Shown here piece by piece: positions 1-10,865 of a DNA stretch of 53,753 bases (within the stretch, counting starts at the first letter, position 1; each line of letters starts with the position of its first letter). Under the pieces are notes generated by a model. It was not told the origin of the DNA and ran no database searches. It was given only the letters and a program-made list of their open reading frames with translations. The translations under genes and the position numbers were made by a program. Where the stretch lies: assembly GCF_001194135.2 (NCBI RefSeq), contig NC_068988.1, positions 20,306,718 to 20,360,470 of the forward strand, given 5' to 3'. This DNA is from Octopus bimaculoides (Eukaryota).

Positions 1-64
1 GAGGAGGAGGAGGAGGATGATGATGGTGTTGATGGTATTGAGGAGGAAGTATATGGTGATGATA

Positions 65-103
<39 letters not shown>

Positions 104-233
104 GCAATGAGGAGGAGGAGGAGGAGGAGGAGGAGGAATAGGAGAAGGAAGATGAGGAAGAAGCGGTAGATGATGATGAGGAGAAAGTTGATAGGGAGGA
201 AATTGATGATGATGATGCTGAAGAGGAGGAAAA

Positions 234-265
<32 letters not shown>

Positions 266-335
266 AAACGCTTCGATGTCGACAATGCCGAGGACAACTA
301 CGATAGTGATGATCGATGGTGGTAGTGGTGATAGT
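1..335. repeat. Low-complexity (GAG)/(GAT)/(GGT) trinucleotide block
   Basis: Interspersed GAG, GAT and GGT runs visible directly. Confidence 0.9.
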
Positions 336-980
336 GGTGGTCATTGTCGGCGTCGATGTCGTGCGTCGATGTCGTGCTCTTGGTGTCCCCGATTGTGCTA
401 GATTTGATGAAATGGTGTTCCAACTATAAAAAGAACGTTACATTTTTCTTTGGATATTGCGTCTTATGGACAACAATAACTAAGATGTCTATTTGTAAAA
501 CGAAGAAGATTTGTTTTGAGTGATATTTGGTTTTCGTTTCCAACAGAAGAAATAATTTAATTGTACTCCTCATGTGGGATATTATTATTATTATTCTTTA
601 TTGTTGTTCAAGCATCTATTTGTTATAACCAGAAGCCGTCAAATCTATTATTTGGTTAAGACGTCCAATTTCAGAATAAGAATCAGAGTTGTGAACGTCC
701 GTGTTTACTCCAGATAGCGCATATTTTGAGTTCAGTGTCACAGCATTTCATTGTGACAATCATTGAGAGGATATCTATCAACTCGCCCAGAAGTTGCTTG
801 AGCCAGTTCCAAGTCAACACTGCATCAGTCAACTGCACAATTTTCTTCGGTGGAAGAAAATAAAGGAGAAAATAAAAAGAAAAAAGTCACTATTTTATCC
901 AACACTGTAACAATTCCGTTAGGTCGCCGCCTTTGCCTCTTTTTCCTAATAACCCTTTCCAATATCGCCAAAAAGGGCTA

Positions 981-1100
981 AAATCAACCCCAGTGCTTAT
1001 TTTATTAACCCCGGCGGAATTTGAACTCAGAATCTTAGGAACGAAATGTCGTTAAGCATTTTACCCGATGCACTAACGATTCTGCTAACTCGCCGCCTTT
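981..1100 (-). mobile_element. SINE family A fragment (tRNA-related head with CORE-like body)
   Basis: Reverse complement matches the AAGGCGGCGAG-TAGCAGAATCGTTAG...CTGAGTTCAAATTCCGCCG start of the fuller copies at 44369-44601 and 52336-52567. Confidence 0.75.
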
Positions 1101-1379
1101 GCTCTGTTAATAAGATTTCCTGTTATGATAGTGTCAATACAACTGTGCCGGTTTTTGATACACGGAAAGTGATGAGAAACACCAGTTGATCTAATGTGAT
1201 CAATATTTGGCGTTTATTTATTTATAGAACGAAATCGTCTTGGCAAAATTTGAGGTTTAAAATGCCATATAAGTAAAAATGTTCTGTTGATGAGCGGTGA
1301 TTTAAGTTAATTATTTTTTCATAAAGCGTCTGGTTAGTAGAGGTGAAAGAGAAGTATCGAACCGCATAAATCGATTCTT

Positions 1380-3750
1380 GTAAAACGTCTCTTTATCATA
1401 TTTCCTGGTAACTTTCTTGAACAAACGGAAAGTGCTACTGTTCTTCATAGAGTATAATGTAAATGTTCCACTCGATCGCTTCTCGTATAATGGTAAAGAA
1501 TTGTTTCAGTTTGAAAAATATCTTTGTTCCCATAAAAAAAAATGTGCTCAAACAATACGAGACATAATTTGGAGACATAGGTCTGAGTGAATTAAAACAT
1601 GAGTTACCAAAGCAGAATATAATATTGAAAACAGTGAAGTACTGTAGCAACTGTGATATCTGGACTTGAAATATTTAGCTATAACCATAAGCCACTTGTG
1701 GTATGTGTTAATCAGTGGAAGAGAGCTTTGCTATCGATACTAAATCGTTTAAATTATTATACAACAATGTCAAGTGTGGCATGAAGCGGATGCTAGAGTA
1801 ATAGTTTCAATTCCGAATATCTGTTGCATGTGTCACTAGTCATCGTGCCATAACTGAGTAACTCTATAATTGAGTAATAGTGGAGGCGCAATGGCCTAGT
1901 GATTAGGGCAGCGGACTCGCGGTCATAGGATCGCGGTTTCGATTCCCAGACCGGGCGGTGTGAGTGTTTATTGAGCGGAAACACCTGAAAGCCCCACGAG
2001 GCTCCGGCAGGGGGGGGGGGTGACCCTTGTTGTACTCTTCCGCTCCAACATTCTCTCACCCTTTCTTCTTGTTTCTTGAGTAACGCTGCGATGGACTGGC
2101 GTCCCGTCCAGCTGTGGGGAACACATACGCCATAGAAACCGGGAAACCGGGCCCATGAGCCTGGCTAGGCTTTGAAAGGGCGACGTTTATCGTATTTTTA
2201 TAACTGAGTAATATAGTGGAGTAACTCCTGACACAAAAGATTATATAAATTCAAGATTATTCGAGATGTATGATAAAACTGAATCTGGTAAGATTCTCGC
2301 CAGTATTGTTATGTTTACCAATTTTGTCTATTTTTAGGACGACATATTCCTATGTGCCAAAGCAAACCTCACAGTTATTGATTTTTTTCCCCATTAGTTT
2401 TGTGACTTGTAAAATGGCATCAAAATGCAAAACGAAAATTTTTCCACACCCTAACACTTTCTGTAATAGCTAGAACGTTGAGATCAATCAATCAGAGAAT
2501 TCCTTCACATTATTTAAGAGTTCTGTTGTTCCAGACGTATCAATCTGAACTTGTATTAAAACTTCAGGTGAGATAGGTGAGAAAGCGCGGTATGAATTAT
2601 TGAAATTTTAAACCGAATATACCAGTATTTCTTTTGCTATAGAAAGCAAGTTGCCATCGAGGTTGAACGTGTTCCGATTAAAGAGACTATAGAATTGTAA
2701 CTAAATAAATCCAAGAGTAATTTTAGATTAACATTGATCTGTGCCGTGTAATAGAGCGAGTCATTTTAATTTTTCCGGGCCAGATTACACAGTTATTTTC
2801 TATCTTGTAGCGTAACCGCGTTAACAAATGGATATTTGGCGGAAAATACATTCGTCAATGTTGACTGTTATTCATTGTCGCTCAATAACTGAATTATTCA
2901 GTAACTGAATATTTCTCATTTCACTCCCATATACATTTGCCGGTGACAATAACGTTTCAAGGATAGGCGGGACTTCCTTTGATATTATTGTCGATAATTA
3001 TATCATTCATTGCTCTTTGAAAAGCTCTTTCAGCATTAGTAACACCAAAGGATAACTCTGTAAACTGGGATATGAGTTGAAAATGCAGAGTGGTTCTTTC
3101 AGAATGGAATCTGATGTTACACTGCTTTCAAATTCAGTTTCCTTTACAATTCATTGTAGGAAATAGAATACATGAGGCCTCCAATATTCAGAAGTGAATG
3201 CACATCTAGAAAGCAATAATGGTTTATGCTTTGTGGGTAGTCAATAGTAATGCATCGTGTGTAACTCTTTCTTATTACCATCAATTTTTTCTCGCCATGA
3301 AAAGACTAAGAGCACAGTAATCAAGAAAATGTTAAGAATCTTTCTATACTTATTAAGCAGAAGAAAGCAATTTGATTCAGTAGCAATTGATGTCAAATAT
3401 TGGTATATCTATGGAAAAATAAGAGAGTTCAGCAACATAAGTACAAGCAGAACAACAAACAAAAATGTTAGCATTCTCTTTAAAAAGTTTAAAGATATTG
3501 CAATGAATCATTAAAGAAGTCAGCCATGTCTCAGGGTTATAGATGATCATAATTTAGGCAAAATATTTCTATACAAAACTTATATTTAAAAAAGGGTGAA
3601 AATGGAAATATCTGATACGCAGAACGAGAAACAAAGAATCTATATAAACTGAGTTCCCGAGTCAATTCCAGGACAACGACGTAATGATAAAAGGGAAAGA
3701 TATGCGTGAATTTCTTAAGCCATGAAACTGCTGACATTACTTGAAACGAG
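1380..3750 (-). mobile_element. Decayed Ty3/Gypsy LTR-retrotransposon pol relic (protease-RT-RNase H-integrase)
   Basis: Minus-strand hand translation with frameshifts and stops. Protease-like GIDSGT at ~3649-3672. RT motifs SWR..KKR, TIDYPQSINHYCFLDVHSLLNI (~3245-3185), LNLKAV*HQIPF and QFTELSFGVTNAERAFQRAMNDII (~3068-2995), with the catalytic YxDD degraded to YP*N. RNase H-like VQIDTSG at ~2550. Integrase-like IILYEEQ*HFPFV at ~1460-1415. The domain order is that of Gypsy. Interrupted by the SINE at 1880-2190. Confidence 0.8.
1880..2190 (+). mobile_element. tRNA-derived SINE (head H + body X + tail T1, Meta/V-domain-like)
   Basis: Head GTGGAGGCGCAATGGCCTAGTG...GGTTTCGATTCCC has A/B boxes. 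Tail GCGATGGACTGGCGTCCCGTCCAG...AGAAACCGGGAAACCGGG. Flanked by a near-direct repeat TATAA(T/C)TGAGTAATA (~1865 and ~2199), consistent with a TSD. Confidence 0.85.
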
Positions 3751-3821
3751 AAGAATTATTAATTGGTTAGTCACGTAGATACACAAACAAACACGCACAC
3801 ATACATACACACACACACATA

Positions 3822-4048
3822 CGAGGTGCGTTCAAAAGGTACACGAGTTCGTTTTTTTTTTTCGCCAAAACTAATGGCACGGTGTTAAAATCCTTTAGGT
3901 GGAGGGAGATACGGCTCTTGCGGCACATGCCGAAAAACTTTCGCGTCAGTAGACAGCGTCAGTTCCCGGTTGTTACTATTAGAGTACAGATATGTAGTGC
4001 GCGTTCGCTGGATTTTCGTTTTTATTTAAAATGACCGAACGCATAGAG
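3822..4048 (+). mobile_element. Mariner 5' end (TIR, leader and first codons MTERIE)
   Basis: TA followed by CGAGGTGCGTTCAAAAGGT. The leader resembles the opposite-strand leader at 4730-4826. ATG at 4031. Confidence 0.65.
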
Positions 4049-4826
4049 CTGAGATCATAAACCCATCTCATCACCGGTGATGATTGTCTTCATGAAGTCT
4101 TCGTCTGGTTTGCATAATCCAGTATGTCCTGAGCGAGTTCCTGGCGGAGTTCCTTCAGCTGCTGTACCAGCTCTTCTGGTTCAGTTTTGCAGTTACTCTC
4201 CGCTTGCACAAATCCTCAGTTAAAATGGAATGCAGTGTTCCTGTGCTGATTCCCACTTCGCGAGCAATTTCCTGGACTACAGTAATCCCTCACCATATCG
4301 CGGTTCACCTATCGCGGTCTATTAGTTAATCTTACGTCGATTCCTCTGTGGTGTTATTCTTTTCTTTTTTTTTTTGCATTTATACTAATTAAATATATAC
4401 AAATTATGAAAATAATAATGAAAAATATACAGTACTGTTTCTACTTCGCAGATTTTCAGCTATCACGGGGAGTTTTGTAGCATAACATCCGCGATAATTG
4501 AGGGGTTACTGTATTTGCTGAACCTTCTTAGACGGCTCCTCGTTTCGGCGTGTGGATGGCCGACTGAGCGTGCCTTACCATCCAACGAGATGCGACCTTG
4601 TTTGAAGCTGTTGTACCACTAGTTGATCTTGGTTTTGTTCATGGCATCATCGCCCAACGCATGCTGATTCTTGTAGATGGTTCGAGCTTGAGTATCATAA
4701 GTGATGCAATATCTCTACTTGATTCATTCGGTAAAAACGAAAATCCGACGAGCGCACACTGCACGTCTGTACCGTAGCATGTTGCCCACGCGGCATTAAA
4801 GTTGGCTACTTTTTTAAAGCAACTCG
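4049..4826 (-). pseudogene. Mariner transposase relic (N-terminal half), interrupted by a MITE
   Basis: Minus strand reads HALGDDAMNKTKIN*WYNSFKQGRISLDGKARS, then across the removed MITE KVQQIVQEIAREVGISTGTLHSILTEDLCKRRVTAK, then ELAQDILDY and DFMKTIITGDE (first D of the DDD triad). A TIR-like end lies at 4808-4826. Confidence 0.85.
4280..4511. mobile_element. Tigger/pogo-like MITE (232 bp)
   Basis: TIRs CAGTAATCCCTCACCATATCGCGG and CCGCGATAATTGAGGGGTTACTG, with TA on both sides (4278-4279, 4512-4513). Removing it restores the mariner reading frame. Confidence 0.85.
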
Positions 4827-4886
4827 TCTGTGTGTGTGTGTGTGTGTGTGTGTCTGTGTGTGTGTGTGTGTGTGTGNNNNNNNNNN

Positions 4887-4917
<31 letters not shown>

Positions 4918-4992
4918 TATACCTTTTGAACGCACCTCGTATGTGTGTGCGCGTGTTTGTGTGTGTATCTACGTGACTAACCAATTAATAAT

Positions 4993-5098
<106 letters not shown>

Positions 5099-5447
5099 TA
5101 TATATATGTATATATATATATATATATATATAACTGCAATTCCCTGATAATCTTCTAGGGAACATACTTACATGAAGGCAAACTGATAAAAGTGCCTTCA
5201 GCTACTGTCTTTCTGTTAAAGGTCGGAAAAACTACCAGACATAAAATAGTCTGCACTGCTTACCTCACAATATTCTTTAAGAATTACTGTTCGAAATTTG
5301 CTTCGTCGGGAAAGTTGTATATAATTGTGACATCCATCAATTGGATGGTGATTCCATAACACCAAATCGAAGTTACAAAAGTATTTATGTTGTTTCATAG
5401 AGATCTGATCAAAGCTAATTTATTGCAATATTTGAAACCAAACAATT

Positions 5448-5620
5448 CGGCGAACTGGCAGAAACTTTAGCAGGCTGGGCAAAATGCTAGGCGGCATTTC
5501 GTCCGACTTCACGTTCTGATTTCAAATTCCACCGAAACCGAATTTGTCTCTTTTATTCTTTCGTGCTCAATAAAATAAGTAACAGTTGAGCACTGGGTCG
5601 ATGTAATCGACTTACCAAAA
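5448..5620 (+). mobile_element. SINE family A, diverged
   Basis: GGCGAACTGGCAGAAACTTTAGC...TTCAAATTCCACCG...CTGGGTCGATGTAATCGAC matches the other family A copies. Confidence 0.75.
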
Positions 5621-5971
5621 TTTGATATCAATATTTAAAGCTAAAGAACGTGGGCCGAAGGTGAGTCTTGTAGCACAGTTAAATCCGGGAATTCAGCTAG
5701 AAAATTGGGTGATATAGTTTTCCACTGCGACGATTCTATGATTGCACATCGAATGATATGTCATTAAAGCGATGTGATCGAAATTTTTTTTTTTTTTTTT
5801 CCTTTTTCCATTGTTATTGTCGTGTTACTGAGTTTTAGTTGAATGAAATGCTTTAAGGAGAATCAGTAGCGGAGATTCAATTATTTTAATCGGCTGTAAC
5901 AATCGAGTGTTGACGTTACTACTTCTAACAAATTACAGGATGGCAGCCTTTCTCTAAAGTATATCAGTATA

Positions 5972-6673
5972 TGGTGCTGCTGCTGCTGCTGCTGGTGGTG
6001 GTGGTGGTGGTGCTGGAGAAATAGGCAATGGAGGTGATATTGGAAGAATAAGTTGTGATAGGGATGGTGATGGAGGTGATGGTGGTGGAGGTGATGGTGG
6101 TGGAGGTGATGGTGGTGGAGGAGATATTGGTGGAGGAGATGATGTGGTGGTGGTGGTGGAGGTGTTGCTGATGATGGCGATGCAGAATATATTGCCATTA
6201 GGGCTTTGGAAGTGATGCTAATGATGGTGTTAGTAGTAATGTCATTTACAATATCATTAATGTGGAAAATGATATTTATAATAGTAATAATGGGGACAGA
6301 AGAAGGGGAGAGGAGATCCGGCACGGTGGAAGTGGGGAGAGGGAGAATGATGATGGTGGTGGTGATGGTGGTGGTGGTGGTGATGGTGGATATGTGATGA
6401 TTAATGGAAACAAGTACGGTCACAGTGGTGATGATTTTGACTGTGAGAATGTAAGTAATTTCATGGAAATGTGTACTTCATTCACAATAGCAGCGTCGTC
6501 ATTGTCATCATCATCATCATCATCATTATCATCGTCGTCGTCGTCATCGTCGTCGTCATGGTCACCATCATCATCGACGTTGTTGTCATTGTCGTCGTCA
6601 TCATCATCGTCATCATCATCATCATCATCATCATCATCGTCATCATCATCATCATCATCGTCATCATCACTGC

Positions 6674-6710
<37 letters not shown>

Positions 6711-7066
6711 GTCGTCGTCGCCGTCGTTGTCGTCGTCAGTGTCAGACGCGATAGTGGTGGCCGCTCTGGTTCTAGTGGGTCGTGCACGTTGTACGTGTGT
6801 AGTCACAGTCCGGGAAGTGGCCGTAGCCTTGCCAGTAGTCGCATCAAGGCTGGTTGTCCTGGCCGTGATGCTGATCGTCTTGTTGATGGTAGCCATTGTT
6901 ATAGCGTTGCTAGTCGTAGCAGAGATAATAGTCGCTGTCCTTATTGTAGCTTATGTGTTCCTTGTAGTGGTGGTGGATGTTGTTGTTGGGGGGGGGGTCA
7001 TTGTAGAGGTAGTATAGTGATCGCCGCCATTTTGCGTCGGTGGTCAGTATGGTGGTGGAGGGGTGG
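5972..7066. repeat. Large mixed trinucleotide low-complexity block (GCT, GGT, GAT, TCA/TCG)
   Basis: Direct inspection. It produces the long homopolymeric ORFs on both strands. Confidence 0.9.
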
Positions 7067-9616
7067 NNNNNNNNNNNNNNNNNNNNNNNNNNNNNNNNNN
7101 NNNNNNNNNNNNNNNNNNNNNNNNNNNNNNNNNNNNNNNNNNNNNNNNNNNNNNNNNNNNNNNNNNNNNNNNNNNNNNNNNNNNNNNNNNNNNNNNNNNN
7201 NNNNNNNNNNNNNNNNNNNNNNNNNNNNNNNNNNNNNNNNNNNNNNNNNNNNNNNNNNNNNNNNNNNNNNNNNNNNNNNNNNNNNNNNNNNNNNNNNNNN
7301 NNNNNNNNNNNNNNNNNNNNNNNNNNNNNNNNNNNNNNNNNNNNNNNNNNNNNNNNNNNNNNNNNNNNNNNNNNNNNNNNNNNNNNNNNNNNNNNNNNNN
7401 NNNNNNNNNNNNNNNNNNNNNNNNNNNNNNNNNNNNNNNNNNNNNNNNNNNNNNNNNNNNNNNNNNNNNNNNNNNNNNNNNNNNNNNNNNNNNNNNNNNN
7501 NNNNNNNNNNNNNNNNNNNNNNNNNNNNNNNNNNNNNNNNNNNNNNNNNNNNNNNNNNNNNNNNNNNNGAGGAGGAGGGGAGGATAATGACGATGATGAT
7601 GAACATCATCATCATGAATTAGAAGAAAAAAAAAAGAAGAGGTGAAGGTGGATGGTGATGGGGATGATGGCGGATAACAGTGATGCTGATGGCCATGATA
7701 ATGACGTTAGCCACAACGATGACCACGGCAACAACGAAATCAGCAAAGCAGAGTCTAATGTTTGACGATAGGAAGACATTAAGAGACTCCCACAACGATC
7801 ATTAAACTGACGAAACCACTGAAAGCTCAAATTTAATCAAACTCTGTTTGACAAAATGAGCTAAACAGTAATTCAAAATGTTGTCATTAGAAGCATTAAT
7901 ATTGTAAACTCCTGCTCTCCATAAATTGTTTAATTTTGAACATTAAAAAGCAACTTGAACGTCATTAAACCATCGATATCTGTGTAAATTATACCATTAT
8001 CTTGCTAGCAGAGATACAATCAAATTCTTATTTCAGCTTGCGTTAGAATACTTTAGAAGTCTTTTAATATTTTTGATGGTTTCCATCATTGTGTTGTAAC
8101 CATTCTCTAGCTCCGCCTCTGACATCATTAGACTGGTGCTTATTTGTTAACTAGTGTGTTTGGTGGGGGGGGGGTTCTATTGATAACAGACCTGACCAAT
8201 GGCGAAGTGGACTTCGACGGAATTTTGACTTGACTTGAAATGTCTAAAAGAATTGAATTTACAAATTATTTTATCTGCGGTTCTGTGATGATTTCTTCCA
8301 ACCAGATCCATCTATTGTCAGATGGATAGTACTTCAAATCAAAAGGTATTATCACTCTGCATTACACTGATTCCGCTTGAGCGTTACGTAAGGATGCAAA
8401 AGACTGCATAAAATTCAACAACTTACCAGTAAATCCAATGAGCTTGATGGTTCAGTTGGTCTCAAAACTTAGAAGCTTATAGAATATAAAGTTATGAGCG
8501 AAATCTGTGTTTATTTTAAAAAATCACCTGTCCTCAAGAATTTATCTACATTCGCAGACAAACACGGCTAATAAAATTTGCTTCAATTTGATTGGTGAGT
8601 CTTACAATGAAATCACATTCAAATCAATTTGGCACATACGGTTCATTACACGATGGTGTAGTGAAATCAGCTTATTCGATAGTTAAATTGATACTGATAC
8701 ATTGGGTTGTGTTGGTCAAGAAACAAACTTTCACCTTTAAACAGAGTCATAGTGTAAAGGCAGCTGGCTTGTTGATTAGCGACTTGGGCTCACCAGCGTA
8801 AAATCGTGAGTTCTATTCCTGGATCAGATGATGATGTGTGTTTTTGAGCAAGGCATTTCATTTCCTTTCATCTCAATCGACACTCCTCACATATCTACTG
8901 GCCGAGTGCAAACACAGCCGTCTTTCACTCCTGCACATTCGTATAAAATTATCAATGATCCGTTGTATTTCTTAGAATAAAGCTACTTTTAACACTGAAC
9001 GACCCAGTTTACTTAGTCGTAAATGGCAACCGTGCTCCAAGCTGAGACAGAGTTTTCTTCTTTGCGCAGAGATAAAAATCTAGAGTTGTTACCTGCATTT
9101 TTTTTTTTTTATTACAACCTTCAGCTATCAATCTACCACTGGACCTTGAGAACATAACCGGAAATCACTTTCGTGTATATTGCCTAGCAATTTAATATTT
9201 TGTATCTGGAGATCGATAAAGTATATAATCACCCAATGGTTGAAAACTTGCGTTACGAAAATTCAAACATTAACTCTATTTGTCTGCATTGTACGATATA
9301 AATGAGTTTTGAAAAACTATTCGATCAGAGTAATGGTGAAGATTTTATCTTTATGTCAAACGCCACAGGTTCTATGGATAAACAATCGTATTCAATAATA
9401 GATAACATTGATTTCTTACATAAGGACAAAGCTGAATATATTATAGATGACGGCTATAACCGATATTATTGGTAGAAACAGGTGACTGGCATTTATTTAT
9501 GACTTTGAAAAGATCAAAAGCAAATGCTGAAAACTGTGTCATTTGAACTTAGCTTATTAAAGGACAAAATTTGATACTTCAAGATATGCAGCTATGCCAT
9601 TCCGATGCTGTTATTA

Positions 9617-9701
<85 letters not shown>

Positions 9702-9738
9702 CATCATCATTATTATCATCATCATTATTATTATTATT

Positions 9739-10285
9739 GAGTGAGAGAGCAGTGCATGCCATCAAAGTGACACTGGGGTAAAATATACGAAGTCCATTAT
9801 ACTCATCATGACTACCCGTCCGATAAGGATACACCAGGTACATGCATCACAACCATACGTGCGTGACATGGTGATCTCATATCAAGATAAACAGCGCATG
9901 ACCTTGCAGGTGGTGGCCCAGTTAGAATTTTATTCAGGTCGAGTAGCCCATCCCGCTCAAAAGGTCCCTGAATGAGGTTCGCTTAAGGATGCTGAGGAAA
10001 ACACCCATGTTTCCAAAGGTGAATTATTCAAACCCCAAAGAATTCCTCTCAACACATGGCTATGATGCTCTCCCACTACTTCTGGTCATGATCAGAGATG
10101 CACATATCGTCAGACACCAAGCGATATGCTCAACTGGTTAAGGTAAAACAACTGACAAGCAAATCTGTGGTATTAAGCAGAATATTTGCTGTAGCCCACC
10201 TTTTATACCAAGACAAAACAATGTACATGATAAAACTTCCAATCAATTAAGATCAGAAGCCACGAGAGCCACTTCCTGGTACTGC

Positions 10286-10286
<1 letters not shown>
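9739..10286. mobile_element. ~550-bp non-coding interspersed element bounded by (TTA)n arrays
   Basis: High-complexity segment with sharp ends against (ATT)n at 9611-9738 and 10287-10348. No ORF. Its repeat status comes from my recognition and from its context. Confidence 0.5.
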
Positions 10287-10348
<62 letters not shown>

Positions 10349-10632
10349 CTTTGCATAGCTTCTAACGCTGGAGATGTACTACGGTATCGCTGTTTACTAC
10401 CAGTGAACTAAGGTTATACACTTCTTATTTTGCGAGCACCTTCCGCCGTATCCGAGCGGTTCCAAGCACTGCTGTTTCCTGCATGTGTTCCACCCTTGTT
10501 TCAGCCCCTATTTGTTCCACTTACTTCTCAATATTTTTACTCACTTTTCCCAGGGCTCCGACAATTATTGGTACTACTACCACCTTTTTCATCGACCATA
10601 ACTGCTTGACCTCCCAGGCTAACCTGTCAAAG
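10349..10632 (-). mobile_element. R4/Dong-clade non-LTR retrotransposon 3' end (REL domain C-terminus and 3' UTR)
   Basis: DRLAWEVKQLWSMKKVVVVPIIVGALGKVSKNIEK*VEQIGAETRVEHMQETAVLGTARIRRKVLAK*, with the stop at 10425-10427. The 3' end abuts (TAA)n. Confidence 0.8.
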
Positions 10633-10664
10633 TAGATCCTCTGAGAGCGAATAGATACTTGCAT

Positions 10665-10865
10665 CTTTTATCGTTTATTTGTTTCAATCACCGCACTGCG
10701 ACCATGCTGTCGTATCACCTGAAAGGGTTTAGTTGAACAAATCGACTCAGTCCCTTTTTTAATTCTGGTAGTTATCCTATCGGTATATTTTACGGCCCCA
10801 CCAATTGAAGGTGAAGTATTAAAACAAACATCGGTTGTGAAGTGTAGAGGGACACAGAATAAAAA
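10665..10865 (-). mobile_element. SINE family B 3' half, diverged
   Basis: Aligns by eye to 18800-18990 (TTGTTTCA..C..ACTGCG.CCATGCTG...CATCGGTTGT). Confidence 0.65.

Noticed and set aside
5160-5440. Possible Gypsy gag zinc-knuckle continuation
   Set aside because: Cys/His spacing is recoverable only by mixing frames; too degraded to support.
5881-7645. Long ORFs of 150-380 aa on both strands (poly-S, D, H, I, V)
   Set aside because: They are trinucleotide microsatellites and N-runs that lack stops by composition; there is no domain content.
7805-7830. CTGACGA...GAAA motif
   Set aside because: There is no stem II between the core halves and no supporting stems I or III.
8428-8480. Minus-strand donor CTG|GTAAGT with a short upstream exon
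   Set aside because: The best acceptor gives stops in all frames; the alternative acceptor yields an unrecognisable 13-aa peptide.
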